From the IMG/VR virus record IMGVR_UViG_2858656345_000001: a DNA stretch of 64,000 bases; one strand, written 5' to 3'. Positions 11,410-21,680 of this stretch are shown here, piece by piece (positions within the stretch are counted from its first letter, which is position 1; each line of letters begins with the position of its first letter). Under the pieces are notes generated by a model. It saw nothing but the letters and a program-made list of their open reading frames with translations. It had not been told where the DNA came from and searched no databases. The position numbers and the translations under genes were made by a program. This DNA is from an uncultured virus (IMG/VR IMGVR_UViG_2858656345_000001). Lineage: Duplodnaviria > Heunggongvirae > Uroviricota > Caudoviricetes.

Positions 11410-11757
11410 ATGGAACAGAAGAATAAAGGTGGACGACCTACCAAGACTTTATCAGAGAAGCGAAAATACCAAGTGCTTCTTCGGCTTAACACAATGGAGT
11501 ACTACACCTTGTTGGGAAAAGCACGTGAAGCCTCTATTACTCGTACCGAGTTTTTGCGACAGCTCATCACAAAAGCAGAAGTCATGGCACGCATCAAACC
11601 CGAAGATATGCAACTCATCCGCACAGTCTCGGGTATGGCAAACAATCTCAATCAGATAGCCCATCGACTCAATGCCTTTGGCATTTATGCACTCAATGAA
11701 GACTTGAATGCACTCAAAGTCCTCATCCATGAACTCATCAAACGCTTGAAACCATGA
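11410..11757 (+). CDS. mobC: MobC relaxosome accessory protein
   Basis: KGGRP, RHH-like segment, GMANNLNQIAH motif; ATGA overlap with relaxase. Confidence 0.85.
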   Translation: MEQKNKGGRPTKTLSEKRKYQVLLRLNTMEYYTLLGKAREASITRTEFLRQLITKAEVMARIKPEDMQLIRTVSGMANNLNQIAHRLNAFGIYALNEDLNALKVLIHELIKRLKP

Positions 11758-12673
11758 TAGCAAAGATTATCAAAGGAGCAGACTTCGGAGGTGTCATCAA
11801 CTATATGCTCAGTAAACAGGGAGGAAAAGCTATGGTTTTGGCGAGTAATAACATAGGTTCGACCAAAACCTATGCGTTCGCGAGTTCGCTCTGCAAGCCT
11901 CCATGCGCCCGAACGTGCAGAAGCCTGTTTGCCACACGATACTCTCATTCTCATCCAGTGATACCGAGCGACTGACAGATGATGTGATGGTGAAGATTGC
12001 CAATGAGTATTTAGAAAAAATGGGCTACGGAGACACGCAGAGCCTTATCGTAAGGCATAGCGACCGCCAGCATCCGCACTTGCACATTTGCATCAATCGC
12101 ATTGGCAATGATGGCAAGACCATCAGCGACCGCAACGAAAAATTCCGCTCTACAAAGATTTGCCGAGAACTGACAGAACGCTATGGTTTGACCATAGGAG
12201 AAGGAAAGAAGGCGGTGAACCGCCACCGGCTGCGAGGTGAAGACAAGTTGCGCTATGAGATATTCGATGGAATCAAAGCAGTTTTGCCCAAATCGAAGAA
12301 TTGGAAAAACTTTGTCACAGACTTAAACAAACAAGGCATTGCCACTCGTTTCAAGACGAAAGGCAATACGGATGTTGTGCAAGGTATCATCTTCAAGAAA
12401 GACGGTTGCAGTTTCAGTGGCTCAAAGATAGACAGCTCCTGTTCTTTCTCGCGCCTCAATGCAGAGATAGAGCGAAACATTCAACAGGCACAGCAACATC
12501 TATCGAAAGAGCCAATGGCACATTCGATAGATGAGAGCGGATTTGCAAGCGACTTATCCGATGCACTTGACGAAATCTTTACGATGCCGATGCCCAGCGG
12601 AGGCGTAGACGTTGATGAACTCCGATTCCAAAAGAAACTTCGCAACAGAGCCAACCGCAAACGTAGAATTTAA
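11754..12673 (+). pseudogene. MOBP relaxase, frameshifted near 11858
   Basis: MIAKIIKGADFGGVINY (catalytic Tyr) in one frame; DQNLCVREFALQASMRPNVQKPVCH...HSDRQHPHLHI (3H motif) in another. Confidence 0.85.
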
Positions 12674-12693
12674 TCATCAAAAATTATATCAGT

Positions 12694-13353
12694 ATGAACA
12701 ATGAAACGGCACCAATCCTCGACATTCTCGAAGAACTCAAACAAGAATGCAAATCCATCAGTAAGGCGCAAGCAGAACTACGCACCACGCTTGCAGAACA
12801 GCCTGCCAACTCAACAGCAGCGCGCACTACAACGCAAGAAACCGTGCAAATTCATCTTTCCAAAGAGACGCAAGCCAAAATCAAGGAGCACCAACTTTTT
12901 GTTTTGGAGGCACTCTCGCAGTCGAGCAAGAAACTCGACCCGAAGTTTGAAGCCTTGCAGCAACTCATCATAGAGCAACAAAAGCCTGTAGAGTACAAGA
13001 ACTACTCGCTCTTTGCCAGCGTGCAATTAGCCGAACGTATATTGCTCCTGTTAGTTTGCGGCTTGGTTATGGTCAGTTGCTGGTTCTTCGTCATGGGAGC
13101 CAACCAACTGCAAACCGCCTCCGATTATGACCTCCGCTACCGCTACCTGCGGATGCAAGGCAAAGCCACAACTTTGGACTTCGCTCATCTTGATAGTATC
13201 TTCATAATGCATCGCAATCCCAAAGCCATTCAGCAGTTGGAGCAGAAGGTTATCAATTACGAGCAAGCCTTGCAACGCCAAGCCGAGTTGTTGTTGCAAC
13301 AGAAACGTATTCAGCAGGAGCAAGGGGAATTGAAGAAGTGTTTGGAGAAATAG
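12694..13353 (+). CDS. Hypothetical membrane protein, typically downstream of Bacteroidales relaxases
   Basis: Single TM segment then DLRYRYLRM motif and coiled coil. Confidence 0.65.
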   Translation: MNNETAPILDILEELKQECKSISKAQAELRTTLAEQPANSTAARTTTQETVQIHLSKETQAKIKEHQLFVLEALSQSSKKLDPKFEALQQLIIEQQKPVEYKNYSLFASVQLAERILLLLVCGLVMVSCWFFVMGANQLQTASDYDLRYRYLRMQGKATTLDFAHLDSIFIMHRNPKAIQQLEQKVINYEQALQRQAELLLQQKRIQQEQGELKKCLEK

Positions 13354-13409
13354 CCGTCCAAGAAATTGTTTAACACAGTTCCTTGGGGTATATTTTATGT
13401 AGCTACCAT

Positions 13410-15098
13410 TCATGTTGAGTAGCTTGTAATCATATTAGATAGATGTTCTCCAAATAGAAATTCTGTTTCTGATGCCTGTAGCCTCTTGTTTTTTAAATAA
13501 TTATCATACATATATGTGTCAAATGAATTTAACAAGTTTGCTTCCTGTAAGTACTTATCGAGTATGTCCTTGAGAGATATAGTCCCATCAGATAATTCTT
13601 TTGCACATGAAATCAGTGTATCTAATCCCATAATAACAGGCACAGAAATAAATACCTTTTTATTGATAGGATTGTCGCTTATTATGTCTGAGAACTCTTG
13701 TGTCACAAAAGCATTTACTCCTATTGCAGAGAAAGATCGATCTGTCGTTACTATAATGGGGTATATTTCTGATATGTTATTTATACTTGAATCGAACTCC
13801 TCCATTAGGTTTTCTAGTAGAATTCTCCTTATGTTATAGAACAATTGTCCTGCACCTTTCTTCTTCTTACCATATTTACAGAGCCTATCATTAATTCCCC
13901 GTTTTATTGCTTGGATGTCTTGCGAGTATTTAATATTGTCCCCTAGTGTAACATCTTTGTACTCAAATAGGAATAAAGTTGTTCCTATACGCAAATATAA
14001 ATCAGGCTCCCCTGTAACCCCTTTTTGTTTTAACTCTTCACCTGTAAACATCTTGGTTTTGCCATTGTCTGGATAAATCTTTTGCATTAATCTATATAGA
14101 AGGTGCCGCTCGGAAAATCTTGTAGCTAAATCTGAGTTGAAGTCAGGATATGTTTTGTATTTCCCATTCAGAGACTGAAAAAAGTCAAATTTCAATCCCT
14201 GATAGAACTTATCTACCAAAAGATTTGCATTGAGAAGAAGATATGTATCATCTGTGATTTTAAGTAGAAAATGATCTCTGAAATATTTTAAAGCGTTGTG
14301 TTCACTCCATAAATCCTTACAATCTTGAAGACTAACCATGTACTGATTGAAAAAGCGAACATCATTCTCTATTTTTGTATCGACCTTTATATATTGACTT
14401 CTTAGAGAAGCTTCAAAAAAACCAAACAACCTTGAGATGTATTCTTGCCAATTTTCAACATTCTTATTGTTGCAAAAAGATTTTAAGTATTCAACGTACT
14501 CCTTGTCACCTTCGCAAAAATCAAAAAAGCAGAATGCTTTATACAACTGTGCCTTAAAATCTTTATGCAACTTAAACTCCACTATAGGTAAGTCTATTAG
14601 CAAAGACATAGAGACTATATCTTTACTAATTCGATTGTCAACCCCTTGTGATTGTTCATCTGTCCAGCGCTGGTTGCAATAAATTACAGCTTTAAATACT
14701 GCTTCATACTCATCTTGGCATAAAGATAATTCTTTGTCATCTTCTTCGTGAGGTGTAAAGTTCTGAAGCGCTAATCCCATCAAAAGCATACTTCCATAGA
14801 AATCTATATAACTAATAGATTTATGCTTCCATATGAATTCTTGAACTTTCTTCCTAACAGTCTTAGGTAGATATTTATTCATCTCATGTACCATCTCACG
14901 TTGAAGAGATTGATTCCCAAAAGAGTATGTTATTTGATTAGTCTTTTGCGTAATATGATGCAATACAGATAATGTCGGGATGTTTTTTAATAAATCGTGC
15001 GCATTCACTGATTTATAATCACTGTATATTCCGTCATAGCCTAAGACAACGAGTATGTCAGGTATAGAGGACTTCATTTTTGTTTTCATTTTACTCAT
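13410..15098 (-). CDS. Hypothetical 562-aa protein with PD-(D/E)xK-like motif; candidate defence protein
   Basis: Long AT-rich ORF; GEPDLYLRIGTTLFLFEYKD and GAGQL motifs; TAATG coupling to DUF1016 gene. Confidence 0.7.
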   Translation of the reverse strand: MSKMKTKMKSSIPDILVVLGYDGIYSDYKSVNAHDLLKNIPTLSVLHHITQKTNQITYSFGNQSLQREMVHEMNKYLPKTVRKKVQEFIWKHKSISYIDFYGSMLLMGLALQNFTPHEEDDKELSLCQDEYEAVFKAVIYCNQRWTDEQSQGVDNRISKDIVSMSLLIDLPIVEFKLHKDFKAQLYKAFCFFDFCEGDKEYVEYLKSFCNNKNVENWQEYISRLFGFFEASLRSQYIKVDTKIENDVRFFNQYMVSLQDCKDLWSEHNALKYFRDHFLLKITDDTYLLLNANLLVDKFYQGLKFDFFQSLNGKYKTYPDFNSDLATRFSERHLLYRLMQKIYPDNGKTKMFTGEELKQKGVTGEPDLYLRIGTTLFLFEYKDVTLGDNIKYSQDIQAIKRGINDRLCKYGKKKKGAGQLFYNIRRILLENLMEEFDSSINNISEIYPIIVTTDRSFSAIGVNAFVTQEFSDIISDNPINKKVFISVPVIMGLDTLISCAKELSDGTISLKDILDKYLQEANLLNSFDTYMYDNYLKNKRLQASETEFLFGEHLSNMITSYST

Positions 15099-16384
15099 TA
15101 TTGTATATTTCGTTTTTTCTCTATAATCTTATATAATTCTTCCTCTACTTCCTCCACCGTAGGCAGAACCGATTTTAGATTATCGGGAATAGCCTTTGAA
15201 AGTTGGTAATCGCTGACACCAATTGGCTGGTCGTAGCCAGAAAGGGCATATTGTGCCACCACCTTATCTCCTCCATTGCAGAGGAGCAAGCCGATCGTCT
15301 TGTTGTCGTGTTCGCCACGGAGGGTATCATCCACTACATTGATGTAGAAGTTGAGTTGTCCCATATATTCAGGCTTGAATGGTGTAGCTTTGAGTTCGAT
15401 AACTACGTAGGCATGCAGTTGGATGTTATAAAGAATGAGGTCGGCATAAAAATCAGAATCGCCTACTTCAAAATGCTTCTGCTGTGCCACAAACGCAAAG
15501 CCACTGCCCATTTCCAAAAGATATTTAGTGATATGAGAAACCAATTGCTTTTCAATGTCTCGTTCTGCCATTTTATCTGTTTGCCCCATCATATCAAAGA
15601 TATAAGGGTCTTTCATCAGATAGTTGGCAAGGTCGCTTTGCGGTTTGGGTAATCGTACCGAGAAGTTGCTCACTTTCTTTGCGGTAATCTGCCGAGCAAA
15701 AAGGTTTGTTTCAATCTGCATTTGCAGAATGTTACTGCTCCAACCATCGGCAACCGCCTGTGTGATATACCAATAACGTTCACCCAAAGGCAGCTTGCTA
15801 TTAAGCAATATAACATGGCTCGCCCAGTTAGTGCGAACTACGGCAGACTGCTTAAAAATTTCTTCTATCTGATTTATATCGTGTTGGTAAATGACAGACA
15901 GTACTTCAGATATCTCTCCTAATTGTGCAAGAGGTTCTTGCGTAATTATATTTCCTTGATTATCTGTAACTTGAATTTGCGCAAGAGGTTCTTGCGTAAA
16001 TTGATTGAGTTCGCTTGTTAGTTGTAATACATTATCAACCGAAGGACTATTAAGCTGTTTTTCAACCTTACCCATTTCTAATAGAATCTCCATAGGATAG
16101 GCTTTGGCGAATTGACACATATAGATAAGATTACGAGTGGAATAACCTTTCTTATCAGGGAATTTAGAACGTATCGCCTTGGAAAGATTATCTATGACTT
16201 TGCTGCCCCAACCTTCATTCTTTTGGAGGTAGAGAATAAAGTGCCCTACTTTCCAATAGTGGAAAAGCATATCTGCATTTGCAGAGGCTATCATGCGTAC
16301 TTGCGTATGCTCAAGGTCAGAACCGATGGCTCGAACAACGAGAGATAAATATTGTTTCTCTGCTTTATTTATTTCTTGACTCAT
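15098..16384 (-). CDS. YhcG/DUF1016 PD-(D/E)xK nuclease-domain protein
   Basis: YWKVG, GYSTRNL.YM, KDPYIFD, LLEMGSGFAFV, DLILY...YVVIELK, GQLNFY, TIGLLLC. Confidence 0.9.
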   Translation of the reverse strand: MSQEINKAEKQYLSLVVRAIGSDLEHTQVRMIASANADMLFHYWKVGHFILYLQKNEGWGSKVIDNLSKAIRSKFPDKKGYSTRNLIYMCQFAKAYPMEILLEMGKVEKQLNSPSVDNVLQLTSELNQFTQEPLAQIQVTDNQGNIITQEPLAQLGEISEVLSVIYQHDINQIEEIFKQSAVVRTNWASHVILLNSKLPLGERYWYITQAVADGWSSNILQMQIETNLFARQITAKKVSNFSVRLPKPQSDLANYLMKDPYIFDMMGQTDKMAERDIEKQLVSHITKYLLEMGSGFAFVAQQKHFEVGDSDFYADLILYNIQLHAYVVIELKATPFKPEYMGQLNFYINVVDDTLRGEHDNKTIGLLLCNGGDKVVAQYALSGYDQPIGVSDYQLSKAIPDNLKSVLPTVEEVEEELYKIIEKKRNIQ

Positions 16385-16396
16385 ATTGTTTCGGTG

Positions 16397-17683
16397 TTAT
16401 AATTGATTGAATTTACTCATGGCATTTGCCTTGATGTCGTCCGCAATATCTATGTAAGGTTTCATAGCCTTGTAATCGCTATGCCCAGTCCATTTCATAA
16501 CTACTTGCGGAGGAATCCCCAATGCAAGTGCATTACAGATGAACGTTCTACGACCAGCGTGTGTTCCAAGCAGGGCATATTTAGGTGTAACTTCGTCAAT
16601 GCGCTCATTACCTCTGTAATAAGTTTGACGCACAGGCTCGTCAATGCCTGCGAGTTCAGCTAATTCTTTAAGATAATCGTTCATCTTTTGATTGGTAATG
16701 ACAGGCAACACTTTGTTATATTCAAATGCCACATCCTTGTATTTATCAAGAATTGCTTTACTATGCTTGTTCAACTCGATAATCAGGCTATCAGATGTCT
16801 TGACCGTTGTAACCTCAATGTGGTCGCCCTTTATATCACTTCTACGAAGATTAAACACATCGGAGTAGCGCAACCCCGTAAAGCATTGGAAAAGAAATAC
16901 ATCACGTACCCGGTCCAAAGCTTGCTTAGCAGCTGGTATTTCGAACTCTCGGAGTTTGTTCAGTTCCTCCCATGTGAGAAAGATTATTTTCTTCTGTGTG
17001 CTTTTGAGTTTAGGTTTATAACTATCGTAAGCATTGTTCTGATGCAAACCTTTCTTGAAAGCCCAGCGTAAAAACCACTTCAAGAAACTTAGTTGCTTGC
17101 CAATAGTAGAATTGCGCATTTCCTTTACATCACGAAGATAGGTAACATAATCATTTAGACCTTTCTCATCAAAGAAATCAAATGTAAGTCCACCACGAAA
17201 GTTCATCAAATGATTTTTCACAGCAGCAAATTTCTCGTAAGTAGAATCAGTCCAATCATTCTGTCGTCCACAATCTCTCACAAAATCATCGAAAACCTTA
17301 TAGAAAGCGTTAGGTGTTGGTTTTCTCGGTTTGACTTCTTCTATAGGTTTGTGCAGCGCATTGAATGCTTCTTTAATTTGTTCAGGTGTTGGCATTATTT
17401 CTTCTACTTCAAACTTCTTGAAGATTTCCTGTACCTCGGTATAATAGCCCAAGAGTGAAGCATTGATTTCAGAGGCTGATTGTTTCAGTTTGTTTGTGCA
17501 ACCGTTTCTTACACGCTGCTTATCAGTATCCCATTTCGCAGCATCAATACGATAGCCTGTTGTGAATTCAATTCGTTTGGAAGCAAAATTAACACGCATA
17601 CGGATAGGTACATTCTCAACAATGAGTACTCCGTCCTTCTTCCTGCTTTCCAACGTGAAGATAATATTCCGCTTGATGTTCAT
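16397..17683 (-). CDS. int: Tyrosine integrase of the IME
   Basis: Arm-binding N-terminus, RDVFLFQCFTGLRYSD, HAGRRTF, GHSDYKAMKPY; adjacent to att repeat. Confidence 0.95.
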   Translation of the reverse strand: MNIKRNIIFTLESRKKDGVLIVENVPIRMRVNFASKRIEFTTGYRIDAAKWDTDKQRVRNGCTNKLKQSASEINASLLGYYTEVQEIFKKFEVEEIMPTPEQIKEAFNALHKPIEEVKPRKPTPNAFYKVFDDFVRDCGRQNDWTDSTYEKFAAVKNHLMNFRGGLTFDFFDEKGLNDYVTYLRDVKEMRNSTIGKQLSFLKWFLRWAFKKGLHQNNAYDSYKPKLKSTQKKIIFLTWEELNKLREFEIPAAKQALDRVRDVFLFQCFTGLRYSDVFNLRRSDIKGDHIEVTTVKTSDSLIIELNKHSKAILDKYKDVAFEYNKVLPVITNQKMNDYLKELAELAGIDEPVRQTYYRGNERIDEVTPKYALLGTHAGRRTFICNALALGIPPQVVMKWTGHSDYKAMKPYIDIADDIKANAMSKFNQL

Positions 17684-17842
17684 ACTTTTGGGTGTTTTGA
17701 TTTCTGCACCCAAATTTACACCCAAAAATTGATTCTACCAAAGATTTTCCATGAAATCTCATTTTATTAGTATTCTAATTAAAGGGCTATTATACAATAG
17801 ATTGAACGTTTATGATACTATTTGAAGGTTCAAGAGAAAGAG

Positions 17843-17857
17843 CCTCTCTCTCCGCAA
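17843..17857 (+). repeat. att core copy: IME right boundary and probable prophage left boundary
   Basis: CCTCTCTCTCCGCAA identical to 307-321. Confidence 0.88.
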
Positions 17858-17908
17858 TAAACCTTGATCTTCAAGGACTTACAAACCAAGTACACGAAAG
17901 TGTACACG

Positions 17909-17943
17909 AAAAAGCCCCGAAACATAGCATTTCGGGGCTTTTC
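17909..17943. terminator. Bidirectional rho-independent terminator ending the late operon
   Basis: AAAAGCCCCGAAA...TTTCGGGGCTTTT. Confidence 0.8.
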
Positions 17944-17960
17944 TTTTATCATGTTGAACC

Positions 17961-18491
17961 TCAGGGTATTTTCCTTTTTCTTTTCAGCAGCCTTTTCGTT
18001 AGGCTACTGACAGGTCTATGAAATAAGTACATCGCTATGGCAAACAAAGCAGTGTAAATGTATCCTTTTAGTGATACGCCTTTCGTTTCTGTCCTCTTTT
18101 GCTCGGACTTCGTTTCTTTGCGTACAACGGCCTTTTCTCTCGCCTCCTTATTCGTTGAGCTCTCTGATTCTTTTCCCTTGTTTTCCTCCAGCTCCTCGAC
18201 AGTTGTTTGCCGTATCGACTTGATAGTCTGACCTCTAATGCGTGCTAAGTCTACAGCTGCGTTGTCAATAGACACGTCAAAGATTGTGCTATCGCTACGA
18301 TAGAACTCTATTTCCGTAACGCTCGCGCGCCTTTGACTCTTCCGCATAGCTTCTGCCAGCCTGTCGAAAGCGTTTTCCCTCGAAAGGGACAACGAAACGG
18401 AATCAAGCCTATTGCGATTCAGCTGTACCTCCTTTCTGCTCGAACAGGCGGAAATGAGAGTAAGAATAAGAACGAATAATATCTTTATCAT
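17961..18491 (-). CDS. Lipoprotein with C-terminal TM; putative unimolecular spanin
   Basis: Lipobox LISAC, C-terminal hydrophobic [14 protein letters not shown], follows endolysin. Confidence 0.65.
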   Translation of the reverse strand: MIKILFVLILTLISACSSRKEVQLNRNRLDSVSLSLSRENAFDRLAEAMRKSQRRASVTEIEFYRSDSTIFDVSIDNAAVDLARIRGQTIKSIRQTTVEELEENKGKESESSTNKEAREKAVVRKETKSEQKRTETKGVSLKGYIYTALFAIAMYLFHRPVSSLTKRLLKRKRKIP

Positions 18492-19063
18492 TTGATGCGC
18501 CTAATATCTTCGAGTCGGTTCATCCAACCTTTCAGGAAGCGTTTGTTGGTATGCTTTAGCAGCTCTTTTTCAGTTGCCTTTCGTCCGATACGCTCCTCGT
18601 ATCTTCTAATGCTTCTTGCTGTGATGTCCTCTAAGAACTTACGACGCGCGTTGAAGATGGACTCAAACAGCTCATCGGGGTCTGCGTCATTGATGGCCTT
18701 GAGGGTCTTTTCTCCGACAACGCCGTCCTGCTCCACTCCCAGCAATCGCTGTGGGATTGTGATGCCGTATTTGCCACTCCCCCAAACCCAATCGACAAGG
18801 ATATTGGCTACCTTTTGGGACTTGATGCGGTCGGCTTGCCAGCGATCCCAGTAAAGCGTTTTCAGGATGTCGATCCACTCTTTTTCTGTGAGCTTTTTCA
18901 GACGCTCGACCGTTGGGCGTGGATAGCCTTTTTTGCGGCAATAAACCTCGTAAGTTCCGATGGTTACGCCCATGTTGGTAGCTCCACCGGCATCGGCAGG
19001 ATCATGGACAAAACCGCCCTCCCACCTCTTGATGTATGGAGCAAGTAGTTCAACCTTTGCCAT
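18488..19063 (-). CDS. Endolysin, glycoside hydrolase family 108
   Basis: [37 protein letters not shown]. Confidence 0.92.
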   Translation of the reverse strand: MAKVELLAPYIKRWEGGFVHDPADAGGATNMGVTIGTYEVYCRKKGYPRPTVERLKKLTEKEWIDILKTLYWDRWQADRIKSQKVANILVDWVWGSGKYGITIPQRLLGVEQDGVVGEKTLKAINDADPDELFESIFNARRKFLEDITARSIRRYEERIGRKATEKELLKHTNKRFLKGWMNRLEDIRRIK

Positions 19064-19520
19064 CTTCTTTCTCCTCCTCTTTTTTGTGCATATACTCTGA
19101 AACAGCCTTTGCGATTGCGTCTAAGTTGTCCCTGTTTGACATGACTTGACCGGCGAGCGTCGCTACATTGTCTATCCGAACTTTGTCCTCCGCTTTCTCG
19201 TATATAGACTTGATTTCGATTAACCCGATACCTATTGCACCAAGCAGCGTTATGAACGGAAATACCGGCAGACTATATTCGTAGTACGTTTCAAGGTACC
19301 ACGTCGATGCCATCTGCATAGCGTCTACCACGGTCAAAGCAAGCAGCACGTTATAGTATCGTGCTACCTTGTCGATCGTCCGTTTGAAGCCATAGCTTGA
19401 ACGGGCTATGCCGTTCTTTTTCGCCTTTCTCACACCTGACCATAGGTCTGCTAAGATGGCCATCAAGACCATCATATAGATACCGAACAGTATCCAGAGG
19501 GTCGCTAAAATTTTTTCCAT
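19050..19520 (-). CDS. Holin
   Basis: Multiple TM segments, [16 protein letters not shown]; upstream of endolysin. Confidence 0.8.
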   Translation of the reverse strand: MEKILATLWILFGIYMMVLMAILADLWSGVRKAKKNGIARSSYGFKRTIDKVARYYNVLLALTVVDAMQMASTWYLETYYEYSLPVFPFITLLGAIGIGLIEIKSIYEKAEDKVRIDNVATLAGQVMSNRDNLDAIAKAVSEYMHKKEEEKEDGKG

Positions 19521-19948
19521 TATGCCGGTAAGTCAATCGGTATGTTATACTCTAAGCAGTCCGCGTCCACCATCGCGCGGATTGCTACTCTTTCGCGCAA
19601 GAAGTCTTCATACGGCTTCTTGTGATCGACCGGCAGGATGCCAAGCTGCGCACTCTCGTACTCGTTGGCAAGCTTGCGCTCTACCTTTGCCGGATATTTC
19701 TCTGATAGGAGAGTCGCAAATATGTTATCCGCCGTGATCGGGTACTCTACCCTGACACAGCTATATCTGTACATTGTTGTTGTTTCTTGACCCTCCGAGC
19801 CTCCAGGCACGACCTCAATGGTTCCGCTTTCGCTTGTGATCGTTTGCACCTCTTCGATGTCGTAGTTATAAAGGACGGTCATCTGTCCATTATTGAGCGG
19901 CTGTATCTTACTCGGCTGCTCAGTTGATAGTAATCCTGTCTGTATCAT
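19520..19948 (-). CDS. Hypothetical phage protein (tail-associated)
   Basis: ORF coupled in the late operon. Confidence 0.65.
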   Translation of the reverse strand: MIQTGLLSTEQPSKIQPLNNGQMTVLYNYDIEEVQTITSESGTIEVVPGGSEGQETTTMYRYSCVRVEYPITADNIFATLLSEKYPAKVERKLANEYESAQLGILPVDHKKPYEDFLRERVAIRAMVDADCLEYNIPIDLPA

Positions 19949-19951
19949 TCG

Positions 19952-21322
19952 TTATCCTCTGCATAATCTAAACGCGTAATCCTCATGCGATATATTTACC
20001 TCTCGATATGTTGCTATACACCCGAATCCGAATTTACCTCCATCGTGCGAAGGCCCACTCAGTAAGCCGTGCACCCACTTCGAAGAAAAAGAACTCGGTG
20101 CTGAAACGCCATCACACGAGCCAGTCACGCTCGAACCTCCGAGAGACATTGGGAACCCGTACCCTTGACTGGATACAGAAATAGCTTTTACATAGCCAGA
20201 CTCTGTTGGCAGGCTTGCAATCCTTTCGTATCCAGCAGGGGCATCACTATTAGCAGGCGTTAATTCCGGAGTTGAGAATCCGCTTGGCTCAGAGCAGACA
20301 TACGCCCAGCTCTCTTTCACTCCGCCTGTTAGCATGTTGAGTACAAATAGGTCATCCGCCTGCAACCATAGGTATTCAAACGGGGTCTCAAGCCCTCGGT
20401 AGGATGTAACTTGTATGATCTTTTCAGGTGTATTGTTCCATCCTTTTATCGAATATACAACCCTGCCCGTTTGATTGCCAAGGGTCGCCGTAACCCCCGA
20501 CGGCACGAAAGGCCTGTATCCGTTCCAGCCGGCTAATTCGGGCTGAGGCACAGCACAGCCGATTCCAAGCCCACCGGATTTGAAGCCTCCTAACGCCAGA
20601 TTAGGCTGAAACTTGTCTTGACAGTGTAGAGAGGCGTATTCGATCCGTTGAAGCCATGCTATTTGATTATATGCCCTGTAAGACCCGTGATGGGTGCCGA
20701 GCTTGCACGCCGCTCTGACATTGTCACGAGATACGCCCGTGCGCGCCATGCCTACTTGTGATTTCGGCGTGTTATCCAAGCCTGCATCACTCAGACCTCC
20801 TCCGCCCCGGTATCTCTCTGCTCCTTGTGTGTAGATAATAAGACCCTGCTCGTTGCGAGCAATGCTATTACCTCGCCACGTCAGGAAGCACCCGGACACC
20901 GCCGTGTTTGTCTGTGAGTCTATCGTTGAGTACCACGGGCTTATAGTCTTACGCTCCTGCTTGATAAACCCCGGAAGCGGATACTCTGAAATGGCAAACA
21001 TCCATTTCGTCCCTGATACCTCAAATTTCGTATAGTATTCAGGTATTTCGAGCATTACATTTCCATCTGTTGAGTCTATAGTCGCCGGACTCCCATCTTC
21101 CCTCTTCCTACTGTCGTTTCCGTGTAGGTAATACTTCACAGAGCCATCCGCATTCTCCACAAACCGTCGCAGTCTGGACTGTATAGGCAAAGACCTGTGC
21201 AAGTCCAAATTCCCGACCCGTTTCAGCTTGTAGTCGAGGCTTGAGTAGTCACCCTCAACGCCGTACCACATGTTGTACGGAGACTCCGGGTTGCTTCTCC
21301 CTATCCCTATCAGTAATCCCAT
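19952..21322 (-). CDS. Putative receptor-binding/tail fibre protein with C-type-lectin-like C-terminus
   Basis: DGNVMLEIP, SYRGLETPFEYLW, terminal YAFRLC resemble Bacteroidales phage CLec-fold tropism proteins (recognised by eye). Confidence 0.65.
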   Translation of the reverse strand: MGLLIGIGRSNPESPYNMWYGVEGDYSSLDYKLKRVGNLDLHRSLPIQSRLRRFVENADGSVKYYLHGNDSRKREDGSPATIDSTDGNVMLEIPEYYTKFEVSGTKWMFAISEYPLPGFIKQERKTISPWYSTIDSQTNTAVSGCFLTWRGNSIARNEQGLIIYTQGAERYRGGGGLSDAGLDNTPKSQVGMARTGVSRDNVRAACKLGTHHGSYRAYNQIAWLQRIEYASLHCQDKFQPNLALGGFKSGGLGIGCAVPQPELAGWNGYRPFVPSGVTATLGNQTGRVVYSIKGWNNTPEKIIQVTSYRGLETPFEYLWLQADDLFVLNMLTGGVKESWAYVCSEPSGFSTPELTPANSDAPAGYERIASLPTESGYVKAISVSSQGYGFPMSLGGSSVTGSCDGVSAPSSFSSKWVHGLLSGPSHDGGKFGFGCIATYREVNISHEDYAFRLCRG

Positions 21323-21323
21323 A

Positions 21324-21596
21324 TCAGTACCCCCATTTCAAGCTACCAGACGGCTGTGACGTTTGCCTCACAACCTTAATAATTTCGGGATTCCATCCAA
21401 CATCAAACCGTGTTGTGACGAAATCGCCCTCCTCCATGCCGGCGAGCTGTACGGTCAACTCTACAGCGCTTACACCGTCATTCTTTAAGTTGAAGCACTG
21501 CCCATCAGACAGAGAGAAATCGCCGTTTCCCAGCCCTGTTATTTCGCCTATTTTTCCGATTTGAATAGACGCCTGTTCCCCTGATCGTGAATCCAT
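21324..21596 (-). CDS. Small phage tail-associated protein
   Basis: MDSRSGEQASIQIGKIG...GWNPEIIK...LKWGY; own promoter upstream. Confidence 0.65.
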   Translation of the reverse strand: MDSRSGEQASIQIGKIGEITGLGNGDFSLSDGQCFNLKNDGVSAVELTVQLAGMEEGDFVTTRFDVGWNPEIIKVVRQTSQPSGSLKWGY

Positions 21597-21622
21597 TATC
21601 TTTTTGCAGAATTTGTTCTTTA

Positions 21623-21680
21623 CAAACTTAGCTACGTGTTTTAATATAAAACACGTCTTTTTATAAGTTAAGCATAACTT
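21623..21680 (-). promoter_or_regulatory. Late promoter: -7 box TAAGTTTG + palindrome GTGTTTTAATATAAAACAC + second palindrome AAGTTAAGCATAACTT
   Basis: Motif also at 35973-35991 and 51266-51284. Confidence 0.7.

Noticed and set aside
15927..15999. 19-bp direct repeat GCAAGAGGTTCTTGCGTAA x2 in the DUF1016 gene
   Set aside because: In-frame duplication (TQEPLAQ) in a variable linker; only two copies, not CRISPR or att
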